A DNA stretch of 64,000 nt. Origin: Prolixibacteraceae bacterium (GTDB lineage Bacteria > Bacteroidota > Bacteroidia > Bacteroidales > Prolixibacteraceae). Shown here piece by piece: positions 19,080 to 27,506 of this stretch. The number at the start of each line of letters is the position of its first letter. The stretch's first letter is position 1. The notes beneath the pieces were generated by a model. The model had not been told where the DNA came from and did not search any database. It saw only the letters and a list, made by a program, of their open reading frames with translations. The stretch lies in contig OY782766.1 in assembly GCA_963678235.1 (NCBI GenBank), positions 4,489,617 to 4,553,616 of the forward strand. The letters run 5' to 3'. Both the position numbers and the translations under genes were made by a program.

Positions 19080-20018
19080 ATGAATACAGAAATTACACAA
19101 GCATCGAATTTTGTCCAGGGGGTTGATTTGGCCTTTTTAATTATCCTTGGAATATGTTTTGCATTTTTGATTGGGCTCACTGCCGTAATGCTCTATTTTA
19201 TTTATAAGTACAACAAAAAGAAACATCCGGTTGCAGGAAAAACTAAAGATAACATTACGTTGGAGGTTCTTTGGACAGTCATTCCTTTTCTGTTAACATT
19301 ACTGATGTTCTATTATGGCTGGGTAGCTTGGGAACCTATGAAACGCGCACCAAAAGACAGTATGGAGATCACTGTTTACGGAAGGATGTGGAACTTTATG
19401 TTTGAATACGAAAATGGTAAAAAAACGGACACGCTGTATTTGCCAAAAGACCAACCTGTAAAATTGAACCTTGTGGCCCTTGATGTGCTCCATAGCCTTT
19501 ATATTCCGGCATTCAGGGTAAAGCAGGATATGGTTCCAGGTAAAGAAAATAATTTCATGTGGTTTAAGCCACAGAAAGAAGGGGATTACGATATTTTTTG
19601 TGCCGAATATTGCGGCTTGCAGCACTCCTATATGAATTCCATTGCAAAAGTAATGGAAGACAGCGCATTTAATAGTTGGTATGTTGATACCACACAGGTA
19701 GCAATAAAGGTTGATTCACCTGTTGCCGCAGGAAAGCGCATAATGGAATCAATTGGTTGTTTTGCCTGTCATACTACCGATGGTTCTAAACTGGTTGGAC
19801 CTTCACTAAAAGGGGTGTACGGACATGCGCAGGTGGTTATTACGAAAAAAGAAAAGCGCGAGGTGATCGCAGATAGTTTGTATATCCGGAATTCCATCCT
19901 CAATCCGAATGACGATGTTGTGGAAGGGTTTAACAAGGGATTGATGCTCTCTTACGAAGGACAGCTCTCGGATGAAGATATTGGTTTGATCATTGATTAT
20001 CTTAAAACCTTAAAATAA
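19080..20018 (+). CDS. ctaC: Cytochrome c oxidase subunit II with a C-terminal cytochrome c domain (caa3-type)
   Basis: CuA site HSLYIPAF...CAEYCGLQHSYM, and a C-terminal CxxCH (CFACHTTDG). Confidence 0.85.
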   Translation: MNTEITQASNFVQGVDLAFLIILGICFAFLIGLTAVMLYFIYKYNKKKHPVAGKTKDNITLEVLWTVIPFLLTLLMFYYGWVAWEPMKRAPKDSMEITVYGRMWNFMFEYENGKKTDTLYLPKDQPVKLNLVALDVLHSLYIPAFRVKQDMVPGKENNFMWFKPQKEGDYDIFCAEYCGLQHSYMNSIAKVMEDSAFNSWYVDTTQVAIKVDSPVAAGKRIMESIGCFACHTTDGSKLVGPSLKGVYGHAQVVITKKEKREVIADSLYIRNSILNPNDDVVEGFNKGLMLSYEGQLSDEDIGLIIDYLKTLK

Positions 20019-20021
20019 GAA

Positions 20022-20885
20022 ATGCAAAAGGGCTCTTATTTAAAAATTTTGTTGGAGCTTGGGAAAGTGCGGATTTCTTTACCGGTGGCCTTATCGGCAC
20101 TTACCGGATACCTTATGTTTACAAAAATACTGGATCAGGGGGCATGGTTTTTAGCCCTCGGTGTATTTCTGGTTTCGTGTGGATCAAGTGCATTTAACCA
20201 TTTTCAGGAACGAAAACAGGATGCCTTGATGCCCAGGACTAAAAACCGCCCAATTCCTTCCAAAAGGTTATCAGCAATAGCTGCTTTTCTTGTGGCAACC
20301 ACATATACTTTGATTGGCCTTGTTTTATTGTATTTATATTTGCCAACGATAGCCATGTGGCTAAGCCTTTTTACCTTGGTTACTTATAATTTGGTTTATA
20401 CACCTTTAAAGAAGGTGACCGCATTTGCCGTATTGCCAGGTTCATTAACTGGTGCTTTGCCCCCGCTTATTGGTTGGGCAGCTGCTGGTGGTAACCTATT
20501 CGATCAGAATATATTATTAGTTGGGAGCTTCTTCTTTCTTGGACAAATTCCGCATTTCTGGTTATTATTACTAATGTTTGGCGATGAATACCAACTTGCC
20601 AGCATGCCAAGCTTAAACCAGGTTTTTAATCCTAACCAAATTAAAAGGCTTACTTTTACCTGGATATTAACTACAATTTCCTCGGCGCTTTTGGTAATCC
20701 ATTACGTTTTTGGACATAAATTCTTATATTTTTTATTGTTAATTTACATCTTGTATTTACTATTTTCGTTTACTAAAGACTTCCTAGTTCAAAAGGAATT
20801 TGAAGCAAGGCCTGCTTTTTTTAAACTTAATTTTCTATATCTTTTCATGATGTTTTTCCTGATGATTGATAGTTTGTTAGGATAG
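20022..20885 (+). CDS. ctaB: Protoheme IX farnesyltransferase (heme O synthase, UbiA family)
   Basis: UbiA-type motif NHFQERKQDALMPRTKNRP, 8-9 TM segments, and an operon position after the cox genes. Confidence 0.7.
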   Translation: MQKGSYLKILLELGKVRISLPVALSALTGYLMFTKILDQGAWFLALGVFLVSCGSSAFNHFQERKQDALMPRTKNRPIPSKRLSAIAAFLVATTYTLIGLVLLYLYLPTIAMWLSLFTLVTYNLVYTPLKKVTAFAVLPGSLTGALPPLIGWAAAGGNLFDQNILLVGSFFFLGQIPHFWLLLLMFGDEYQLASMPSLNQVFNPNQIKRLTFTWILTTISSALLVIHYVFGHKFLYFLLLIYILYLLFSFTKDFLVQKEFEARPAFFKLNFLYLFMMFFLMIDSLLG

Positions 20886-20918
20886 GTATTTTTAATATCT
20901 TTCACTTTTGCTATCGTC

Positions 20919-21818
20919 ATGAACATCAAAAACAAACAAATATTATGCATAGGTGAAGTCCTTTGGGATAGGTTTCCTGCAGGATCAAAACCTGGTGGCG
21001 CTTCCTTAAATACGGGAGTTCATCTGAATCATTTGGGCGCACATGTTATATTGGCAAGCAGGGTGGGGAAGGACCAGGCTGGAAAGGAGTTGGTTGATTT
21101 TTTAAGCGATTCGGGATTATTGTGTGATTGGATTCAGGAAGACGATCGGTTGGCAACCAGTGAAGTGCTGGTTCGTTTAGATAAAAATCGCAATGCCACG
21201 TATGAAATATGCAAGCCTGTTGCCTGGGATAATATTCAATTTACGGATGCCTTAAAAAATACTGCTAAAAATTCAGGGATACTGGTTTATGGATCATTGG
21301 CATCAAGAAGCTTGGCAACAAGGGAAACCATTTTGAGCGTGATTGACAACGATGCGTTTAAAATAATGGATGTTAACTTAAGGAGACCATACGACCAACG
21401 GGAAGTTGTTGAGTTATTAATGACTGAGGCAAACCTCGTAAAAATTAATGATGATGAGTTAAAAATTGTGGCATCGTGGCACCATTTGACTAATTTGGAA
21501 GAAAAGGCTCAATTACAAAGGTTGACCTCAATGTACAATTTGCAAATGATTTGTGTAACAAAAGGCAGTAATGGGGCTGTAATCTATCATCAAGGGAATT
21601 TATACGAACATCCTGGATTTAAAGTTAAAGCTGTAGATACCGTCGGTGCGGGTGATGCTTTTTTAGCAGGATTAATTCATTCTTTGCTGGCAGATAAATC
21701 AATGGAAAAGGTATTGGAATTTGCGTGCGCGCTGGGGGCATTAGTTGCATCGAAAATGGGCGCAACCCCTAAAATTGAAATGGAACAGATTTCTGAAATT
21801 TCAAGCAGTAATAAGTAA
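20919..21818 (+). CDS. PfkB-family carbohydrate kinase (fructokinase/ketohexokinase-like)
   Basis: N-terminal GG motif (GGASLN), C-terminal DTVGAGDAF, and an anion-hole motif. Confidence 0.75.
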   Translation: MNIKNKQILCIGEVLWDRFPAGSKPGGASLNTGVHLNHLGAHVILASRVGKDQAGKELVDFLSDSGLLCDWIQEDDRLATSEVLVRLDKNRNATYEICKPVAWDNIQFTDALKNTAKNSGILVYGSLASRSLATRETILSVIDNDAFKIMDVNLRRPYDQREVVELLMTEANLVKINDDELKIVASWHHLTNLEEKAQLQRLTSMYNLQMICVTKGSNGAVIYHQGNLYEHPGFKVKAVDTVGAGDAFLAGLIHSLLADKSMEKVLEFACALGALVASKMGATPKIEMEQISEISSSNK

Positions 21819-21824
21819 TCAAAC

Positions 21825-22739
21825 TTACCCGCTCATTTTTTCCCATAGCACACCTTCCCTCAAAGCATAATCAGTCTGGTAAATTTCCTGGATATTGGCG
21901 CTTTCAATCACTTGTTTAATTAAGATCATCGCCGGGATAATTAGGTCAATCCGAACAGGGTTCATTCCTTTTATTTGTAGGAGTTCTTCCTTTGATTCGC
22001 CAATTAATTTGTAATAAACCAAATAAAATTCATCAACCGAAATAAGCTGTTTTACCCTTGGTTTTTCGTTGGGGTTTACTTCATCTAAAATATCGGCAAT
22101 GGTATCAAATGCCCCGGAACAGCCGATGAGTGTCTGCACCTTGATTTCTGAAACCTGGTTCAGGATTGGCTGGTGTTCTTTTTCAAAATAAGCCTGCAAT
22201 GCCTCGATTTCTTCCGAGCGAATAGGGTCTGAAAGTTGAATGGAATGGATTACCCTTGAAATGCCTGTGGGGAAACTTTTTTGCCATTGGATTCCTGAAT
22301 TATTGCAAAGGATAAATTCATTGCTTCCGCCACCAATATCTAAAATAAGGCTATTGGAATTTAATTCTTTAAATGCCAGAAGTACTCCTTTGTATATTAA
22401 ATCGGCTTCCTGATCACCCGAAATAACCTCTATCACGAAACCAGTGTTATTCTTTATAAAAGATAGAAATTCGATTTTATTTTCAGCTGATCGTATGGCA
22501 GAAGTCCCAAATACTTTAACGCTTTCGCAGCCAAACAGGTCAATGTTTGCTTTGTGTTTTAGGAGGGCAATTTTTGCCCTTTCCATGGCTGCATCGCTAA
22601 TAACATTTTTTTGAATTGCACCATCTCCAAGTTTCACAGGTTGGCTGCTTTGGTGGTGTATTTGAAATGCTTTCCCATTGGTTTCGGCTATGAGTAGGTT
22701 GCAGGTATTTGTCCCTAAATCAATAACAGCTATTTTCAT
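21825..22739 (-). CDS. ppx: Ppx/GppA-family phosphatase (exopolyphosphatase or pppGpp phosphohydrolase)
   Basis: N-terminal actin-like ATPase motif MKIAVIDLGTNTCNLLIAE. 304 aa. Confidence 0.75.
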   Translation of the reverse strand: MKIAVIDLGTNTCNLLIAETNGKAFQIHHQSSQPVKLGDGAIQKNVISDAAMERAKIALLKHKANIDLFGCESVKVFGTSAIRSAENKIEFLSFIKNNTGFVIEVISGDQEADLIYKGVLLAFKELNSNSLILDIGGGSNEFILCNNSGIQWQKSFPTGISRVIHSIQLSDPIRSEEIEALQAYFEKEHQPILNQVSEIKVQTLIGCSGAFDTIADILDEVNPNEKPRVKQLISVDEFYLVYYKLIGESKEELLQIKGMNPVRIDLIIPAMILIKQVIESANIQEIYQTDYALREGVLWEKMSG

Positions 22740-22889
22740 GGCTTAAAAGTAGTAAAAATACTGTTGAGCGAATCCCAGATTTTCACTGTATTCAAAGATT
22801 TGTCTTGCAAAATCGTTTAACAATCCTTAGTTTTTATTAGCGGTATTTAAGGGCATTATTTCAGAACTTTGGGATAGAAAACCGAATGC

Positions 22890-23477
22890 ATGAGAATATT
22901 TTTACTTGCTTTTTTAAGTTTGGGCCCATTGCTTGCTTTTTGTCAGGATACAACAGAATTCAATTTTACAGGACAGGTCATGTCGCACGATTCTGTACCC
23001 CTTGAAAATGCATATCTGATTAACTATCGGACCTATAATGTTTATGCCACCAACAAGTATGGGAAAGTAACCATTCCAGTGCAACAGGGTGATTCCATGG
23101 TTGTTTCTTATATTTCGTACTTGCGCAAGATTATCCATTTAGACTCGTTAAACAATAACCGTATAATTTACCTTGAAATAGACACTATTTTTATTGGCCA
23201 GGTTAATGTATTTCAGAACCAGGTCGATGAAATCGAAAACATGCGGAAGAACCTGGAATTATTCGACTATACCAAATTGCCGGAGCCAACCGAGGAATAC
23301 TCAGACGAGGAAAGGATAACAGAGTTTATTACTGCTAATAATAGGATTTTAAAAACCGATGCCGGTTTATTGAAAATCTACAAATTTTCGCCATCGGCAG
23401 TTATCGGGAGCCTTTTCAAAAAAAAGAAAAACAAAAAGAATTCCAAGAAAATTACTTCTACTAAAAAGAAAAAGTAA
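22890..23477 (+). CDS. Secreted hypothetical protein with a CarboxypepD_reg-like domain and a Lys-rich tail
   Basis: Signal peptide, then the motif FTGQVMSHDSVPLENAYLINY...GKVTIPVQQGDSMVVSYISY, and a C-terminal KKKKNKKNSKKITSTKKKK. Confidence 0.45.
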   Translation: MRIFLLAFLSLGPLLAFCQDTTEFNFTGQVMSHDSVPLENAYLINYRTYNVYATNKYGKVTIPVQQGDSMVVSYISYLRKIIHLDSLNNNRIIYLEIDTIFIGQVNVFQNQVDEIENMRKNLELFDYTKLPEPTEEYSDEERITEFITANNRILKTDAGLLKIYKFSPSAVIGSLFKKKKNKKNSKKITSTKKKK

Positions 23478-23652
23478 AGTAGGGTACCGCGAATTCCAAT
23501 TCGCCTTTGCACAAATTTATATGCGATTTGGAAATTGCAAAAAAGAACCGGATATAAGCGATAAAATTACCTCAACTAAAAAAAAGGAATAGGATGGGTG
23601 TCGCGAATTCCAATTCGCTTTTGCACAAATTTATATGCGATTTGGAAATCGC
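23448..23652. repeat. Two about 90-bp direct repeats (23448-23539 and 23564-23652), about 85% identical, sharing a 51-bp core with nested palindromes
   Basis: Core cgcgaattccaattcgcYtttgcacaaatttatatgcgatttggaaatYgca. Copy 1 overlaps the last 30 nt of the 22890-23477 CDS. Confidence 0.8.
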
Positions 23653-23671
23653 ATCACCCAAACACATGGTA

Positions 23672-23707
23672 CAAAAAATCCGGGTAATTGAAGCCCGGAT
23701 TTTTACA
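23672..23707. terminator. Bidirectional intrinsic terminator shared by convergent genes
   Basis: aaaaaa-atccggg-taattgaag-cccggat-ttttt: a 7-bp GC-rich stem flanked by an A-run and a T-run. Confidence 0.7.
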
Positions 23708-23743
23708 TTATCTAATTTATTATTATGGCTGTTAAAAAGCTGT

Positions 23744-24655
23744 CTAAAACAAACCTTCAACAGATAAATATCGTTCGCCGGTATCGTATGAAAAGGTTAA
23801 AATGGTAGAACCTTTAGGCAATTCGTTTATTTTTTTTGCAACTGCCGCAAGTGATGCCCCTGATGAGATCCCCACAAAGAGGCCTTCTTCTTTTGCAGCC
23901 CTTTTTGCATATTCAAATGCTTCTTCTTTGCTCACTGGGATTGAGCCATCCAATAATCCCGTGTTAAGGTTATCAGGTATAAAACCTGCACCAATTCCTT
24001 GCAGTGGGTGTGGCCCCGGTGCGCCGCCACCAATTACAGGACTGGCTTCAGGCTCTACGGCAAATACCTGTAGTTTCGGGAATTTCTTTTTCAGGATTTC
24101 TGTGACCCCCGAAATATGTCCTCCGGTACCAACGCCGGTGATAATATAATCGATTCCTTCCGGGAAGTCGGCAAGAATTTCCTGAGCTGTGTTTTTTCTG
24201 TGGGCATCCACGTTGGCATCGTTATCGAATTGTGATGGAATCCATGAATTTTCAATCGACTCCTTTAGCTCTTCTGCCCTGGCAATGGCACCTTTCATGC
24301 CTTTTTCTTTTGGGGTAAGCTCCAACCGTGCACCAAAGGCAGTCAATATCCTCCTTCTTTCAATCGACATTGATTCGGGCATCGTTAGGATTACTTTATA
24401 ACCCTTTACTGCAGCAACCAATGCAAGTCCAATCCCTGTATTTCCGGATGTTGGTTCAATAATCGTTGAATCGGCATTTAAAACGCCCCTTCGTTCGGCA
24501 TCCTCAATCATCGAGAGTGCAATCCTGTCTTTTATACTTCCACCTGGATTTGTTTTTTCAACCTTTGCATAAACTTCATAGTCGCTTGAATACAACCTGT
24601 TAATTTTAATGTGAGGTGTGTTTCCAATGGTTTCTAAAATGTTTTGTACCTTCAT
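23744..24655 (-). CDS. cysK: Cysteine synthase A (O-acetylserine sulfhydrylase)
   Basis: PLP-binding Lys region [14 protein letters not shown], the [11 protein letters not shown] motif, and the Gly loop [10 protein letters not shown]. Confidence 0.9.
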   Translation of the reverse strand: MKVQNILETIGNTPHIKINRLYSSDYEVYAKVEKTNPGGSIKDRIALSMIEDAERRGVLNADSTIIEPTSGNTGIGLALVAAVKGYKVILTMPESMSIERRRILTAFGARLELTPKEKGMKGAIARAEELKESIENSWIPSQFDNDANVDAHRKNTAQEILADFPEGIDYIITGVGTGGHISGVTEILKKKFPKLQVFAVEPEASPVIGGGAPGPHPLQGIGAGFIPDNLNTGLLDGSIPVSKEEAFEYAKRAAKEEGLFVGISSGASLAAVAKKINELPKGSTILTFSYDTGERYLSVEGLF

Positions 24656-24673
24656 TTGTTTAAAATTTTAATG

Positions 24674-24707
24674 AAAAAAGCCTCCCCGGTTTTCCGGGAA
24701 GGCTTTT
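24674..24707 (-). terminator. Terminator-like hairpin in the cysK 5' leader
   Basis: On the minus strand this gives gccttcccgg-aaaa-ccggggaggc followed by UUUUUU, 25 nt before the cysK ATG. The stem is 10 bp with one G-U wobble. On the plus strand the same position is a C-A mismatch. Confidence 0.5.
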
Positions 24708-25102
24708 CGTATTTATTTATGTTATCTCTATTCTAACTGGCTAAACTACATAATTAAATCCTTGTCTTCCCCTTCACTAAGGTGAAACAACAACAAGTAT
24801 TCATATATCTGTTCATCTTTTTCATTCTGCTTACAAGTATATGTAATTTTTATTAATTCTAAATAACAATTTTGGATTATTTTTCAATTCGTCCTAAAAT
24901 TAATATTCATATAACAATCCTAAAGTATTATGTTTAATTTTTGGTGAGTTTTATATTTAAGCGTAAGAATTGCGTCCTCAGGGGAATTAATTGTTGATCT
25001 TAAAGTATCAATTCTATAATCAATTTTTCTGAAATTTGTTTTCACAAGATGAGTGTTATATTGATAAACTGAAAACTAGAAACTAGAAGCTAGAAACTGA
25101 TT

Positions 25103-26446
25103 TTAGCTTTTATACCTCAACCATTTGTACAATTCTTTAAGGTTAACTTTTTTCCCGTACATCAGGATTCCGGTTTTATAAATTTTTGCTGCAGCCCACA
25201 TGGCGCCAACTGTTGTTCCAATTAAAATCAACAAAGAAACAATAATTTCCCATGTTGGAATGTCGTAGGGAATCCTTGCCATCATTGATACGGGTGATGT
25301 TAGCGGAAACATCGAAAACCAAAATGCAACGGGTCCTTCAGGGTTTTTGGCAATTGGGAACAACAGCATAATCGACAGGATTAGCGGAATTGTTACCGGG
25401 AAAACCATTTGCTGCGAGTCTTCTTCGTTATCCACCGCTGCGCCAACGGCACCCAATAAGGAACTATACAAAAGGTAGCCAATTAAAAAATAGGCGATGA
25501 ATGAAAACAATATTAAAGGAATATTCATGGATGAAATCATGTTCAACACTTCGGTAACCTTATTTTGGTCAGACATTTGTGCAGCAACCGGATTGGCACC
25601 CATTTGCTGGGTTTCCATAATGCTTTGTCCCATTTGTTGTGCCGACTCAGGGGTGAAAAATGCCTGGGCAACACCCATTAAAATTACACCCATAACAACC
25701 CAAATGGCAACCTGCGTTAAACCAACCAATGCCGTTCCAACTATTTTGCCAACCATTAACTGAAATGGCTTTACCGAAGAAACAATAACCTCCACAATTC
25801 TGCTTTTCTTTTCGTCCATTACACTGCGCATAACCATGGCGCCATACATAAACACAAAAAAGTAGATAATAAAGCCCATGGCATAGCTGGTTATAAATGC
25901 AATTTTTGATGAACTCTTTTTTTCTTCGCCCTTGTCTGATATTTTTAAGGTTGTAAGTTTTATTCGGGTTTTTGTTGCATTTAGTTTTTGATCGAGGTTG
26001 GGGATATTGGTTTCGGCAATTACCTTTTGGCGTTTGTCGTTTTCGATAAAGCGACTAAGTTTGCGCTCAATTTTATCACTGAGTTCAAAGGGGATTTGTT
26101 TGGTCGATTCCAACCGTGCGAAGTTATTGGTATAGATATTTCCTGGAATAAACAGGATGGCGTAATATGAACTTTTATGTATGTCCTCCTTTAATTTCAG
26201 ATAGGTTTCCTGTGGTATAAATTCATATTTGGTGTTTCCATCATCTGCAAATTCACCCAGGAACATGCTCGATTCATCGTAAACAGCAATAGTCCGGTCT
26301 TCTTTATCTTCACTCACCGAAAGGTAGATAATTAGGGCAAACATTCCCACCATTAAAAAAGGCACCAACATGGTTAAAATAATGAAGGATTTCTTTTTTA
26401 CCCTGGTCAGATATTCTCTTTTTAGTATTAATAAGGTCTTATTCAT
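25103..26446 (-). CDS. ABC-2 family exporter permease
   Basis: Six or more TM helices and a large extracytoplasmic loop. The probable start is MNKTLLILKREYL at 26446, one nt after the ATPase stop. The track start at 26485 is likely too far upstream. Confidence 0.7.
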   Translation of the reverse strand: MNKTLLILKREYLTRVKKKSFIILTMLVPFLMVGMFALIIYLSVSEDKEDRTIAVYDESSMFLGEFADDGNTKYEFIPQETYLKLKEDIHKSSYYAILFIPGNIYTNNFARLESTKQIPFELSDKIERKLSRFIENDKRQKVIAETNIPNLDQKLNATKTRIKLTTLKISDKGEEKKSSSKIAFITSYAMGFIIYFFVFMYGAMVMRSVMDEKKSRIVEVIVSSVKPFQLMVGKIVGTALVGLTQVAIWVVMGVILMGVAQAFFTPESAQQMGQSIMETQQMGANPVAAQMSDQNKVTEVLNMISSMNIPLILFSFIAYFLIGYLLYSSLLGAVGAAVDNEEDSQQMVFPVTIPLILSIMLLFPIAKNPEGPVAFWFSMFPLTSPVSMMARIPYDIPTWEIIVSLLILIGTTVGAMWAAAKIYKTGILMYGKKVNLKELYKWLRYKS

Positions 26447-26447
26447 G

Positions 26448-27380
26448 TTAGTTGTTTTTACTGTTGTTTGAGCTCTCAACCACATTGATGAAAATGTCGT
26501 TCATGCTGGGAATCAATTCATTGTACGATGATATTTCAATCTCTGGAATTAGCGCTTTTAGCAAATCATTGCTTGAACTACCATTAAGGAATTTAATTTT
26601 CATCGTATTTAAATCCATCTCTTCCTGATGTTCAAGAATTTCAAATTGTTTGTCAAGGATATTTTCAACTTTCTGAAAATCGCCTTTATAGCCGATTTCA
26701 AAAGTGTTGGATTTAAACTGTTGCCTGATTTCTTTCACCGGGCCATCAAGTATTTTATGTGATTTATTGATGAGGGCAACATGGTCGCATAGTTCTTCAA
26801 CAGATTCCATGTTGTGTGTCGAAAAAATAATGGTCGCGCCATTGTTGCGCAATTCCAGGATTTCTTGTTTTATGAGGTTGGCATTTATTGGGTCAAATCC
26901 ACTAAAGGGCTCATCAAAAATAAAGAGCTTGGGTTCGTGTACCACTGTTGTTATAAACTGAACCTTTTGTTGCATTCCTTTTGACAGCTCTTCGATTTTT
27001 TTGTCCCACCAGGCTTCTATTTCAAATTTTTTGAACCAGGCTTTTAAGCGTTTAACAGCAACACCCCGGCTAAGACCTTTTAATTGCGCCAGGTAAATAG
27101 CCTGTTCCCCGATCTTCATTTTTTTATACAAGCCCCTTTCTTCCGGAAGGTATCCAATTAACTCCACGTCATTGGGTTTAAGTGGTTTGCCCTTAAAAAG
27201 CAGTTGCCCCGAATCAGGTGCCGTTATTTGGTTGATAATTCGGATTAAGGTTGTTTTTCCCGCTCCATTTGGGCCAAGTAATCCAAAGATGCTTCCTTCG
27301 TTTACAGAAATGCTCACATCTGACAAGGCTTTGACCGTGGCAAATTCTTTATTTACATCGATTGCGCGAAATAATTCCAT
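26448..27380 (-). CDS. ABC transporter ATP-binding protein
   Basis: Walker A GPNGAGKTT, signature LSKGMQQKV, Walker B LFIFDEP, and an H-loop. Confidence 0.85.
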   Translation of the reverse strand: MELFRAIDVNKEFATVKALSDVSISVNEGSIFGLLGPNGAGKTTLIRIINQITAPDSGQLLFKGKPLKPNDVELIGYLPEERGLYKKMKIGEQAIYLAQLKGLSRGVAVKRLKAWFKKFEIEAWWDKKIEELSKGMQQKVQFITTVVHEPKLFIFDEPFSGFDPINANLIKQEILELRNNGATIIFSTHNMESVEELCDHVALINKSHKILDGPVKEIRQQFKSNTFEIGYKGDFQKVENILDKQFEILEHQEEMDLNTMKIKFLNGSSSNDLLKALIPEIEISSYNELIPSMNDIFINVVESSNNSKNN

Positions 27381-27506
27381 AAATACAGTTTTGTTTATTT
27401 AGTAAAGCTTGAGGGCATATTGTTACAATCTTTACTAAGATAATTTATAACAATAATCCTAAGAAATTGTCCAAACAAAAGTGTAGAATTAATCGAAAAT
27501 GATGAT

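Noticed and set aside
23448-23652. Possible CRISPR array
   Set aside because: Only two repeat copies with a 24-bp spacer, and no cas genes.
23572-23760. 62-aa minus-strand ORF across the repeat and terminator
   Set aside because: It overlaps the bidirectional terminator and the repeat copy. It is implausible as a gene.
25068-25102. Short tandem gaaacta-like repeats (x4) just beyond the ABC permease stop
   Set aside because: Too short and degenerate to assign a function.
27400-27437. 8-bp inverted repeat tagtaaag/ctttacta with a 22-nt loop beyond the TonB-dependent receptor stop
   Set aside because: No flanking T-run on either strand, so it is not a convincing terminator.
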